From a virus (taxonomy: Duplodnaviria; Caudoviricetes): 28,360 nt of DNA. Position 1 is the stretch's first letter. Every line of letters begins with the position of its first letter. The translations under genes and the position numbers were made by a program. The notes under the pieces are model-generated. The model was not told the origin of the DNA and did no database searches. It saw only the letters and a program-made list of their open reading frames with translations. The DNA lies in IMG/VR virus record IMGVR_UViG_3300048599_000150, positions 1 through 28,360 of that record; one strand, given 5' to 3'. Positions 16,754-25,365 of the stretch are shown here, piece by piece.

Positions 16754-17713
16754 TTAGACCAGTGCAATTTCTTTACTGGTTATATAGGTAAACGGACTTA
16801 TATCACGATATGCATCTATGACGATTTTATCCGTATAAACGGTACACACATTGAACGCTCCCTGCGTAGCACTACATATTGAAGCTGATTGAATATCTGT
16901 TAAAACTCCTGCTGTTCCTATTGGCAAGCTTGGCATATGCTCATGACCATTCATATATACCTTCACGCCGTATTCTTCTGCCAACGCAAGCACTTGAAGT
17001 CTTCCGTGATCGTCCGTTATAGGCCAGATAAAGTTCGTAGCATCATTCGTCACAATCGAAAAATGGCAAGCAAGGATTTTATGTGTAGCTGGCTTCTGTA
17101 GTTCTGATTCAATCCACGCAAGTTCTTCAGCCGTAACATCACCAGTGCTTACACCCTCTGATACGATTACAAATTCAGCCCAGAAGTAAATTATCCTGAC
17201 ACCGTTTTTCTCAATTACATAATGCTTTGGAAATTCCTCTACCCCAATGTCATGGTTGCCTCTGAGATTATATAGAGGCTTTGTAAAAACCGATGATAAT
17301 TTTTTATACGATGCTAATTGTGTGGCCAAGAGAGGATTTCCGGTATACCCATCGTTAAGCGTATCGCCTGTAAGCATCAAGAAATCTGCATCATCTGCAT
17401 CGTCCATTTTACTAAAGGCTGCGGCATATTGAGCGTTAGTTATTATACCCGAATCCGTATTGCCAACATGCGTATCCGATCCCCATAAGAACGTTGTAAG
17501 CGCATTTGACGTTAAATTGGTTGTTGCAAAATTCTTAAACTTCGTACTGACATCCGTTGCAAATAAACAATGATTTTTCCCATATCTTATCGCAAAGCTT
17601 TGAATAGTAATATCTGTACCGATCTGCGTATTGTTAAAATAAAGTTTCACGACTTTACCGACTTTAACAACCTTCAGTTTACCGGATGCAACCGTAATTG
17701 CTTCATCAATCAA
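16754..17713 (-). CDS. Calcineurin-like metallophosphoesterase, apparently 5'-truncated or frameshifted
   Basis: Motifs DTH, GDTLND, GNHD, H and GHEH are intact. The frame is open upstream to about 17770, but the strong RBS+ATG (17778) is out of frame. Confidence 0.8.
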   Translation of the reverse strand: MIDEAITVASGKLKVVKVGKVVKLYFNNTQIGTDITIQSFAIRYGKNHCLFATDVSTKFKNFATTNLTSNALTTFLWGSDTHVGNTDSGIITNAQYAAAFSKMDDADDADFLMLTGDTLNDGYTGNPLLATQLASYKKLSSVFTKPLYNLRGNHDIGVEEFPKHYVIEKNGVRIIYFWAEFVIVSEGVSTGDVTAEELAWIESELQKPATHKILACHFSIVTNDATNFIWPITDDHGRLQVLALAEEYGVKVYMNGHEHMPSLPIGTAGVLTDIQSASICSATQGAFNVCTVYTDKIVIDAYRDISPFTYITSKEIALV

Positions 17714-17798
17714 TAGGCTTGGTACCCCACCAACATACTTTTTGAGCCTTATTCTTGATGTTTCGGTGATTTATGCATTATATTCCCTCCGTTCTTCC

Positions 17799-17981
17799 TT
17801 ATTCTGTTGCAACTTTTTGCAATTGCAACCAGAAGCGCCACACCCCCATTACGCGCCTATACAGCTTTCCGGTATCCGTTTCAAAAAACGTGCTACCCGC
17901 ATTAGCGAGCGTGGGCTTTGTATCAGCAGAACTGCCCTGATAATCCATTGCATAAGACGTCGTTTCGATAGCCACAGGCAT
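17799..17981 (-). CDS. Small phage protein with KPT...GSTFFETDTGKLY motif
   Basis: AAAGGAG RBS; motif resembles small phage structural-region proteins. Confidence 0.65.
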   Translation of the reverse strand: MPVAIETTSYAMDYQGSSADTKPTLANAGSTFFETDTGKLYRRVMGVWRFWLQLQKVATE

Positions 17982-18075
17982 CGTCTCCTTTCAGCGCCAC
18001 AAAGGGCATAACAAAAATCCTAATACGGCATAAAAATAACGCCTATCAGCGCTAATTTATTATTTTTACTGCCTT

Positions 18076-18675
18076 TTACGGTTTGTTGAGCGGCTCATAA
18101 CCTCTTTCGAGATCCATTCGCTTTGTATAGGTCTCCGGTAATACAATCACATGCTTCTCCCAACGTTCCCATTCCTCCCGCAGCAGGCCGTAGTACAACA
18201 TGTCCCAGTACCGTCCCATGCGGTAAACTTCATCCCGACGCCTGCCTTCAAGCACGAAACCCAGTTTTTCGTACCGGCGGTAGCTGGCTTCGTTATAGCC
18301 ATAAATCACTGTACTGAACTTATGGGCATTGCATTCCAGGAAGGCGATATCGGCAAGCAGCGCTGATAATTCGGTCCCGTAGCCCTTCCCCCTAGCTTCC
18401 GGCTTAAGGTACGTCATAGGGTAAACGGTCTGCGTTAAGCCGGTCCTGGTTAATGCAGCATAGCCGACCAACTCCCCGGATGCCTTGATCCGGACAGCAT
18501 AACGATGGTCCTGGTTCTTAACATCTTCCTTGAATTCCTCCATGGTCCAGGGGCGGGCTATAGTACCGGGCTGTGACGTATTAGCCTGTATCGCGTATTC
18601 GTTGTACCACGGGTAAACTTCCTTGATCTGTTCTTCGTCAAAAAGCCCTAATTTCAAAAATTCGCTTTCGTACAT
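18076..18675 (-). CDS. GNAT acetyltransferase, RimJ/RimL-like
   Basis: PEARGKGYG acetyl-CoA motif, N.AS...YEKLGF..EG..R and G.YWD...YGLLREEW. Start moved to ATG 18675 (AAAGGAGG RBS). Confidence 0.9.
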   Translation of the reverse strand: MYESEFLKLGLFDEEQIKEVYPWYNEYAIQANTSQPGTIARPWTMEEFKEDVKNQDHRYAVRIKASGELVGYAALTRTGLTQTVYPMTYLKPEARGKGYGTELSALLADIAFLECNAHKFSTVIYGYNEASYRRYEKLGFVLEGRRRDEVYRMGRYWDMLYYGLLREEWERWEKHVIVLPETYTKRMDLERGYEPLNKP

Positions 18676-18721
18676 GGTGTACTCGCCTCCTTTTTCCCAA
18701 ATAAATGTAACAGGACATAAT

Positions 18722-18789
18722 AAAAGCACCCTCACTGAGAGCGCTTTCGTGCAAAATAAAAACACCCGCCGGTTCTCGCAGGTGCTTTT
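18722..18789 (-). terminator. Two tandem terminator-like hairpins after the toxin-immunity pair
   Basis: AGCACCTGC..GCGGGTGTT-TTTATTTT and AAAGCGCTCTC-AGT-GAGGGTGCTTTT. Confidence 0.6.
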
Positions 18790-18997
18790 AGTCTTTCAAT
18801 ACTTCAAATGTGACTATATCCGGGATGGGGACGCCGATATAATATCCTGTCGTGCCGGTTGGCTGAATGCCGATTGAATCATAGTCCAAGTCATCCTCCA
18901 GCCCCACATCGTAAGACATGATGATGCCTTCAATCTTCTTGCCGTCCTTGTCAACTACAAGAACACGATCACCGATATAGTCATGATAATCAATCAA
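18788..18997 (-). CDS. Probable immunity protein for the MuF toxin
   Basis: 69 aa, acidic, with an Sm-like beta pattern; overlaps the stop of the MuF-toxin gene. Confidence 0.68.
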   Translation of the reverse strand: MIDYHDYIGDRVLVVDKDGKKIEGIIMSYDVGLEDDLDYDSIGIQPTGTTGYYIGVPIPDIVTFEVLKD

Positions 18998-20750
18998 TTT
19001 TATCCCCTCCCTTCTTACTCGGATAATCCGGAACTACGTGCGCTCCTTTCTTTCCGTAATGAATCTTGAATATTGTTGTTTCTGCCTCGGCGCCGGTCAA
19101 ATTGTTCACAACCTTGCCGACTATACTGCTATTATCGCGGATAATTTCTCTGTGATCCCATTCAGCTTTGTCATTCAACTTGATTTCGCCCGTCCCAGCG
19201 TATTTGTCCACAAGCCCCTGCAGTTCGTCATGGTTGAGATTAACCCTGGAGGGACCGTATTGCCCCTGCTTGGCAAATTTATTCTGGTATTGTTGATACT
19301 CAAGTGTTCCGGGAATGTGCTTGCGCTGCTGTCCCATTTCAATGGCCTTGATCTGAGCGTCGGATTTTATCGTGTTTCTTACCTTTTGCTTTTTATAATT
19401 TAGCTCTAGTTGCTTCCATTCCTCAACTCTATTATACTTTAATTCCTGGAAGCCTGCAAAGGATTTCGGAACACTCGTACCAAGTACTATTTTGCTGTCC
19501 TTGCCGTGTTTTTTTAATAGCTCCTCGCTATATTTCTGTAAGTCTTCGACACTCTTTACTTCCGTTAATCCGTTTTTTGAGCCTCCATCAACAAAGGAGT
19601 TAGGAGCATCCGCACCCAGCATTGCCTTGTACCGCTCATATTGTTTCCGATCGGCGGCATCATTCAGGACCTTCTTTTTCATAACCTCCGCCTGGTCCCG
19701 GCCGTATTTGTTGACGACGTACTCTTCATACCACTGATCATAGGTCATATCCGCCGGCACGAGATAGGTCTTTCCGGTTACGGGGTCCCTCGCTCGGCGC
19801 TGAATGCCCTTCAACGTATCGGGTCCGAAAGAGGCTCTGGTGGTGCTCCTGCAATACGGATGGAGTGCCGGCATGTTTTTCCCGGGTACCGCGTCTTTTA
19901 CCTTGAACACCCTTCCGTCATACTTCCTACATATTTTGCTGGTTCTGAGGTCCAGAGTGGCAACAAAGATATACTCCTCAATTTCGGCCTCTTTGTAGCT
20001 CTCCATCTCCGCCGCATTCGCCATGTAGGTGGTTTCCGTGCGGACCAGCCGGACAGCCGCATGCTTGCCCATCGCGCTCATATCCTCAAGCTCCAGGGAC
20101 ATCTTGCGAATACTGGCGCCGCTCTTAAAGCCTGCGGTAATAACCTCAGTCAGCTTGCCGGCCAGGACATCGGTATTGCGCCATACCCTACCGCTGAAAT
20201 GTTTACTGCTCCAGGGGTTTTTCAGGATCGATTCTATGGTTTTGGCTGGCATTGCAGCAACATCAAAGCCTACACCAAAGCCCTTCTGTATGTCGAACAG
20301 GTTTTTATAATAAGCGCCGTTGATGGTGTCAATGTACCCGGTCGTGCTGGCTTGTAACTCGACATCTGCGATTTTTTTGGACTCAATGTATATCTGTTCT
20401 TTTAGCGCTTGCAGCCGGGTCATCCGTGCCCTGTACGCCGGAGAATTCAGCCGATTCAACAATTGCCGTTTTATTTCCGGGTCCTTGATGACATTCAACT
20501 GGTCTCGCAGCTCGTCGAGCTCTCTGGATGATACTGGTTCGTTCAGCAGCCTTCTTGCTTCCTCCGGGGATATCCTTCCGTCCTTTGCCACCTTGCTGAA
20601 TATCTTGTCGAGCTCTTTGTTAATGTCCGCTATGGCTTTGTCATATGCCGCGGTAATAGTGTTGATCGTCCTGTCCGAGTTACGGTGATACTCAGCCATA
20701 CGCGCAGCCGCACGCGCAGACCAATAACTATTCGTCTTCTCCTCCATCAT
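18990..20750 (-). CDS. MuF / SPP1 gp7 head morphogenesis protein with C-terminal Ntox50-like toxin domain
   Basis: YW..R, RLVRTE, ATLD.RTS.IC..(Y)DG and P.LHPYCRSTT motifs (MuF). C-terminus Q.KHIPG...G......T..F.IHY.KKG.HVVP (Ntox50-like). Confidence 0.88.
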   Translation of the reverse strand: MMEEKTNSYWSARAAARMAEYHRNSDRTINTITAAYDKAIADINKELDKIFSKVAKDGRISPEEARRLLNEPVSSRELDELRDQLNVIKDPEIKRQLLNRLNSPAYRARMTRLQALKEQIYIESKKIADVELQASTTGYIDTINGAYYKNLFDIQKGFGVGFDVAAMPAKTIESILKNPWSSKHFSGRVWRNTDVLAGKLTEVITAGFKSGASIRKMSLELEDMSAMGKHAAVRLVRTETTYMANAAEMESYKEAEIEEYIFVATLDLRTSKICRKYDGRVFKVKDAVPGKNMPALHPYCRSTTRASFGPDTLKGIQRRARDPVTGKTYLVPADMTYDQWYEEYVVNKYGRDQAEVMKKKVLNDAADRKQYERYKAMLGADAPNSFVDGGSKNGLTEVKSVEDLQKYSEELLKKHGKDSKIVLGTSVPKSFAGFQELKYNRVEEWKQLELNYKKQKVRNTIKSDAQIKAIEMGQQRKHIPGTLEYQQYQNKFAKQGQYGPSRVNLNHDELQGLVDKYAGTGEIKLNDKAEWDHREIIRDNSSIVGKVVNNLTGAEAETTIFKIHYGKKGAHVVPDYPSKKGGDKID

Positions 20751-22176
20751 CAGTCACCGCCCCATCCATCGGCATACCGAAGGCCGCCTGCTGATCTTTC
20801 ATCTTCTGCTTTTGTTCGGCTTTTAGTTTCTTAAGCTCTGCCTCTACATCCTTCACCCATGGGTGATTCGCCACAATCGTTTCGTCCGAGATAACATTTT
20901 GAGAGTTTGCGCAGCCCTGAATTGCAGCTTCTTCATTGATGACAATATCCCGGTTAAAGATCAGCGTTACATCCTCGTCCTTATAATCCCCTTGCCCGGT
21001 CTCGGCCAAGTAGATATTGACGAAATACAGCAGCTGCTCAAATGCCATCCGGAATTCCACTTCCATGTGATTGCACTTGGTATCCAGAGCGCCATAAAGG
21101 AATTTCAGCGCCACGCCGGAAGGAGCAGAACCGAATTTATCCAGGTCCTTGTTGACACCCTGCCCAAATTCTTTAATGTCCCGTTTGAGCTGTTCAAAAT
21201 GCTCCTTTGCAGCGTTGATGTCTATTTCCGGATTAAGGGTGTCCACCCCTCCGTCTTTGGGGTCATCAATTTTGACAGCCTTATAATAATTCAGGTCATC
21301 CACGAACTCCTTCAGGTCTTGGCCGCCATATCCTTTCAGGACATAAATGAGATTCTTGACCTCCTCGATGAAATTGGCTACATCACTGCGGCTGTTATCG
21401 TAGTTATCCACCAGGCTCTTTATGAACCGGATGTCTGGGAACTCCAGTCGGTTATTTTTGAACGCGATGAACGGCACCCGGCCCCAGCTCTTCCATTCTT
21501 CGCCCTTTTGGAAGTGCAGCACCTTATCCTCCTCCGCGTCGGGATCCGGAACAAGCGTTTCGCCTTCGACCCGATAAAAGGTGATGTCCTCGGGCGTATA
21601 ATACTCTACCCTTGTGACGTCCTTCCGCTGCCGCCCTTCATAGGCGACCTGCGTGTAATACCGGATCATGGCCTGCAGCTCCGTATGGCTGTTATCCGCC
21701 CACAGTGGGATGCACTGCTCCGATGGAATAATCGTCATCTTAAACTTTCCCGCCCCATCGATATACGGATACAGCCAACCCCTGCCTTTCTCGCTGGCCT
21801 CATATCCAAGCCCGGAAAGAGTGTACTGGAAGTACTTGCCCAGCGTATCTTTGAGCTTTTTCGCGTACGCTTTATCGTCACATATCAAACTGTAATCTTT
21901 TGTGAGGAGATAACCGATTTTCTCGTCAATCAGGTCCTTTACCGAACCATGAGCCAGTTTATTATTCGCTTTGGTCGGGTCGGGAATGTCTCCGTCCTCG
22001 GTGTGCCTGACCATTTGGCGCTTGTTTATGTCGTTCTCAACCTTGTAGTACCGGTCGCCGATCACCATCCACCGGCGTTCCTTGGACACGTTGAACTCCT
22101 GTATCTCCTGGTATATGATCTCTTCCAGCGTCATGGCCCTGTTGCGGACCAGATTGGCGTATATGTTATCAAGCAT
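20728..22176 (-). CDS. Portal protein, SPP1 gp6-like
   Basis: NNKLAH...K.GYLL, WGRVPFIAFKNN, YVLKGYGG, SGVALKFLY and ISDET..ANHPWV.D motifs. Confidence 0.93.
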   Translation of the reverse strand: MLDNIYANLVRNRAMTLEEIIYQEIQEFNVSKERRWMVIGDRYYKVENDINKRQMVRHTEDGDIPDPTKANNKLAHGSVKDLIDEKIGYLLTKDYSLICDDKAYAKKLKDTLGKYFQYTLSGLGYEASEKGRGWLYPYIDGAGKFKMTIIPSEQCIPLWADNSHTELQAMIRYYTQVAYEGRQRKDVTRVEYYTPEDITFYRVEGETLVPDPDAEEDKVLHFQKGEEWKSWGRVPFIAFKNNRLEFPDIRFIKSLVDNYDNSRSDVANFIEEVKNLIYVLKGYGGQDLKEFVDDLNYYKAVKIDDPKDGGVDTLNPEIDINAAKEHFEQLKRDIKEFGQGVNKDLDKFGSAPSGVALKFLYGALDTKCNHMEVEFRMAFEQLLYFVNIYLAETGQGDYKDEDVTLIFNRDIVINEEAAIQGCANSQNVISDETIVANHPWVKDVEAELKKLKAEQKQKMKDQQAAFGMPMDGAVTDDGGEDE

Positions 22177-22189
22177 GTGGTTGTACCCC

Positions 22190-23464
22190 CTATTTCATGA
22201 CCTTTAAGCCGCCCTTTTTCATATCGTCCTCCCGGCTGTACCGGGTGGCGTCGATGCTGTGATTGTCCTTGTCTGGGTAATCTGCTTTCAAGTTCCCATT
22301 GGCATCCCGTTCCAGTTCGTATCCATAAAACTCCCGCCAGGTATTTGGGCAGCGCTCGGCGTCAATGATGATCTCTTCCAGTTCATCGGAGAGCCACTTT
22401 ATCCCGTAATCCACGCTGTCCGGACCTTTTCTTGCCGGTTTGGTTTTGACGCCATATTCCCGGAAGTCTGCAATGCTCTTCGGCTCCGCGCTGTCGGCCG
22501 TGACCTCCTGGTTATTAGTGTTTTCTTCTTTGACCATCGTTGCGGCTTTACGGTTATTCAAGCGCACCAAATGTATCTCGTAGAAAATATAAAGACGCTT
22601 GCGCGTCTTGTCGTAGTGATTGACGGTATAGTGAAACGGATCAGAGGCATAACCCCAGTCAATCCCCCGGCGTATCCGATCAAAAGCCTTAATCTCTTCA
22701 TCACTGATTTTCCGGTTAGTGAGGTTCCGAAAGACCTCTGCCCCGGTGCCGGTCACTTTACCGAGATATTCGTGCTCATAGGCATCCAGCTTCGTGACCT
22801 TTAGGTGCTCGGCATCCGTAATAAACTGTTCGCCCAGCCAGCCACGAGGGACGGCCAAATAGGTGCTGTGGTGCTGGCAGATATCCGGCCGGCTCCACTC
22901 TACGGGATCATTCACCCAATTTCGCTGTGATTTCGGCGGGTTATATGAATAAAAGACGGTGAATTTCTCACCGCCTCTTACTACTGACTGCTGTATGCTT
23001 CGGATTTTCTCAGACCCTTCGAATTCGTCAAGCTCTTCGAACCACAGGTATTTGATATATCCTTTCGACACCTTGATAGACTTTGATTTTTTAACCTTAT
23101 CGGCGCCGCGAAATAAAATCACCTGGCCGGTCGGAATATACGTAAGTCGAAGCGGGCTGATCGTCTGTTTCCACAGATGCCCGACATTAAGTTTGTCGAT
23201 AGCCCAGACAAATTGCTCGTACACACTATCGTGCAGATTATCCTTGTACCGGCGGAAGGCTACGGCATTAGTATATTTACCTTCCTGGGCGTCCTGCATC
23301 ATGCCCAGGATGATTTCCACGCTGATGAAAGAGGATTTTGTAGAGCCTCGCCCACCTGCAAGCTTGTAATATGTGTGCCGTCCCTCGAAAACGTCCCAGT
23401 GAAGCCCATAAAAGGATGGAGCAATTACATCGGTGAGGTTAACCTGCGTCTTTTGGTATATCAT
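22190..23464 (-). CDS. terL: Terminase large subunit, PBSX family
   Basis: GGRGSTKSS Walker A, WFEE Walker B, SYNPPKS, GIDWG, DSAEPKSI and NHSIDATRY motifs. Confidence 0.96.
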   Translation of the reverse strand: MIYQKTQVNLTDVIAPSFYGLHWDVFEGRHTYYKLAGGRGSTKSSFISVEIILGMMQDAQEGKYTNAVAFRRYKDNLHDSVYEQFVWAIDKLNVGHLWKQTISPLRLTYIPTGQVILFRGADKVKKSKSIKVSKGYIKYLWFEELDEFEGSEKIRSIQQSVVRGGEKFTVFYSYNPPKSQRNWVNDPVEWSRPDICQHHSTYLAVPRGWLGEQFITDAEHLKVTKLDAYEHEYLGKVTGTGAEVFRNLTNRKISDEEIKAFDRIRRGIDWGYASDPFHYTVNHYDKTRKRLYIFYEIHLVRLNNRKAATMVKEENTNNQEVTADSAEPKSIADFREYGVKTKPARKGPDSVDYGIKWLSDELEEIIIDAERCPNTWREFYGYELERDANGNLKADYPDKDNHSIDATRYSREDDMKKGGLKVMK

Positions 23465-23942
23465 TATTGATCACCACACCCATCTCGCCGGTGATGTTTA
23501 TGTTTTCGGTGAACATCCCCAGGTGCTTGCCGAGGAGCTCCAGAGCTTTCAGTTTATCCGCGAATTTGATTTCACGCTCAACGCCCTCGCCATCTGCCGT
23601 AGGAATCTTTTTTACTCTCACGGATGCAATTACAGCTGCATCGTCATCAGAGATATCACCCTTCAATGTCGCCTCTTTCATATCCACCGCATCGGGGGCT
23701 TTAAAGAAGCCAATACGGGCCAGTTCCCGGAGTACTCGATCCTGATTGATGCCAGTACGCCGGGAACGTTCAGCCAAAGCTGTATCTATGCGCGCACGAA
23801 CCTTAACATTCGTTAACAATCTACTTCCTTGTTCTGTTGCTGTTTCTGTGCTATACCCTGCTCTTACCGCTGCCTGAGTGGCGTTCAAATCGATCAAGTA
23901 TTCCTGCACAAATATTTCCTGTTTTGCTGTTAACTTAGCCAT
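23439..23942 (-). CDS. terS: Terminase small subunit
   Basis: LT.KQ..FV.EYLIDLNATQAA.RAGYS...DKLKALELLGKHLGMF motifs. Confidence 0.95.
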   Translation of the reverse strand: MAKLTAKQEIFVQEYLIDLNATQAAVRAGYSTETATEQGSRLLTNVKVRARIDTALAERSRRTGINQDRVLRELARIGFFKAPDAVDMKEATLKGDISDDDAAVIASVRVKKIPTADGEGVEREIKFADKLKALELLGKHLGMFTENINITGEMGVVINNDIPKDAG

Positions 23943-23968
23943 TCAGACTCACTTCCTTTCACGCCAAT

Positions 23969-23988
23969 AAAAAAGAGCCCGAAGGCTC
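23969..23988 (-). terminator. Intrinsic terminator after the 45-aa moron
   Basis: GAGCC-TTCG-GGCTC-TTTTTT. Confidence 0.75.
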
Positions 23989-23991
23989 AAT

Positions 23992-24129
23992 TTATTTGTT
24001 TACTTCTGTTCTTAAAGTGTTAATAAACTTTGCAACGTTTTGTGCTATTTCTTCATTGTTTGTTCCCATATGCAAGCGGTCGTTATTTATCATTGCAATA
24101 GTTATTTCTTTTATTTGTTCATCTGTCAT
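23992..24129 (-). CDS. Small moron protein (45 aa)
   Basis: Not in ORF track. GAGGAGG RBS, then MTDEQIKEITIAMINNDRLHMGTNNEEIAQNVAKFINTLRTEVNK*. AT-rich, with its own promoter and terminator. Confidence 0.75.
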   Translation of the reverse strand: MTDEQIKEITIAMINNDRLHMGTNNEEIAQNVAKFINTLRTEVNK

Positions 24130-24154
24130 GCGCTATCCCTCCTCTCACTACCAT

Positions 24155-24182
24155 AATTCGCCACGAAAGGAGAAATTCCTGC
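24155..24182 (-). promoter_or_regulatory. Sigma-H-type promoter
   Basis: GCAGGAATT-14 nt-GAATT matches the Firmicutes sigma-H consensus (AGGAWW...GAAT). Confidence 0.65.
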
Positions 24183-24275
24183 AAATTCCAAAACTTTTAT
24201 GCAGCAAGCCGGATACCGGACGCTCGCGTTCGTCGCCGGCACCCGTGCATCTGCCACAATAATATACATAGGAGG

Positions 24276-24497
24276 TCACGCCTTGTTTGCTGTTTTAATG
24301 GCCTCGGCCAACCGCACGCACTGTTGGCATTTTCGGCACCGTTTGCGCTCCTGAATAATCTTTTCCAGCTTTCGCTTGGGCGCGCTCTGTATCTCGAAAG
24401 CACAGGCCCGACAATCAACACTATGCACAAATACGATATCTTCCACGGCCTGCACTCCTTCCATAGCAAAATAAAAACCACATCGGAGATTATCCAA
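24276..24497 (-). CDS. Small Cys-rich hypothetical protein (start likely about 24453)
   Basis: CxxC...CxxCxxC pattern; AAGGAG RBS near 24455-24460. Confidence 0.5.
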   Translation of the reverse strand: MDNLRCGFYFAMEGVQAVEDIVFVHSVDCRACAFEIQSAPKRKLEKIIQERKRCRKCQQCVRLAEAIKTANKA

Positions 24498-24518
24498 TGC
24501 GGTTCGCCCAAATTTTTC

Positions 24519-24583
24519 ATTATAAACAGTATATCATATATATTAATGGTTGTGAAGGGCGCAAATCGGGCACGAATCGGGCA
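24519..24583 (-). promoter_or_regulatory. Late promoter with direct-repeat activator binding site
   Basis: TGCCCGATT-CG-TGCCCGATT-TG-CGCCC (11-nt period) just after the activator stop, then TG-A-TATACT and TATAAT. Confidence 0.7.
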
Positions 24584-24588
24584 TTTTG

Positions 24589-25158
24589 TCAAGAGGTATG
24601 CAGGGCATCAGTACCAAATATCATGATTTTGACTCTGTTTATAAGCCTGTTCTTATTCCTGCGAATGGTTGTTACATCACAGTCGAATAATTCTGCAATT
24701 TCCTCAATAGCCACTTCATCAAAATATTTCATCGGTATTATGTTAAAGTATCGATCATCCTTGATAGCATCCAAAGCCCGTTCAATCCTTAATACTTCCT
24801 GCCGGGTCCGCATCATGGACGATTTTATTCCTTCAGTATATCGGTCCATATCCAGTCCGTGACCACCACCGGAGAACCTGACAATATCCTTCGATTTGAC
24901 CGGAGGAGCTGCAGCTGCTTCTGGATCATATAAAAACTCTTCGTCCGATTCTACCTTCTGCCTGAGTGCAGGGTAATTGTATAAAAGGATCTCGGTCTCC
25001 CTGAAATAATTCCGTGATTCTTCTGCATTATTCAGTTTTACCGCCTGCACGCTCTCTTGCGCTGTTTTTTCAACCACTTCTTTTATAATGGTGAGCATTT
25101 CAGAACTTATTTCCATTTTCATCCCCCTCGCATTTCTTCCTATTTTTATATTGTTCAT
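24589..25158 (-). CDS. Late transcriptional activator, RinA/ArpU-like (start likely 25116)
   Basis: TE.LLYNYP...IERALD.I.DD.Y..II..KYF....EEIAE.F.CD.TTI.RNKNRL C-terminal HTH; lies upstream of terS. Confidence 0.82.
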   Translation of the reverse strand: MNNIKIGRNARGMKMEISSEMLTIIKEVVEKTAQESVQAVKLNNAEESRNYFRETEILLYNYPALRQKVESDEEFLYDPEAAAAPPVKSKDIVRFSGGGHGLDMDRYTEGIKSSMMRTRQEVLRIERALDAIKDDRYFNIIPMKYFDEVAIEEIAELFDCDVTTIRRNKNRLINRVKIMIFGTDALHTS

Positions 25159-25291
25159 CCCGCTTATCTCTGACCAACCATTTCAAAAAATAATCAACTG
25201 GACATTTCAGATTTTCATCTATGCACTGACAATCCCTATCTTTTTGCCCAAACGGGCAGTTATCCCTGCAAAAATCCTTTATTACTCCCAT
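25100..25291 (-). CDS. Small Cys-rich protein, overlapping repeat copy 1
   Basis: GAGGA RBS, then MGVIKDFCRDNCPFGQKDRDCQCIDENLKCPVDYF... Confidence 0.55.
   Translation of the reverse strand: MGVIKDFCRDNCPFGQKDRDCQCIDENLKCPVDYFLKWLVRDKRDEQYKNRKKCEGDENGNKF
25149..25275. repeat. 127-bp direct repeat, copy 1
   Basis: Identical by eye to 28234-28360. Confidence 0.93.
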
Positions 25292-25365
25292 GTAACATTC
25301 CTCGCTTCCATGCAGATTGGATGACCCTTTGATTGTAGCGCTAATCCCATTCCTGCCCATCCTGC

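Noticed and set aside
18676-18765. N-terminal extension of the GNAT ORF in the track
   Set aside because: It runs through terminator hairpins; the strong RBS points to ATG 18675.
20863-22200. 445-aa plus-strand ORF (and similar ones at 8661, 15952 and 19641)
   Set aside because: Antisense shadows of clearly identified structural genes.
24197-24592. 131-aa minus-strand ORF
   Set aside because: It spans the late promoter, terminator and structured leader, has no RBS, and has no protein-like features.
25149-25275. Direct repeat as a prophage att site or phage terminal repeat
   Set aside because: The copies are only about 3 kb apart inside the early gene region, and no integrase is present.
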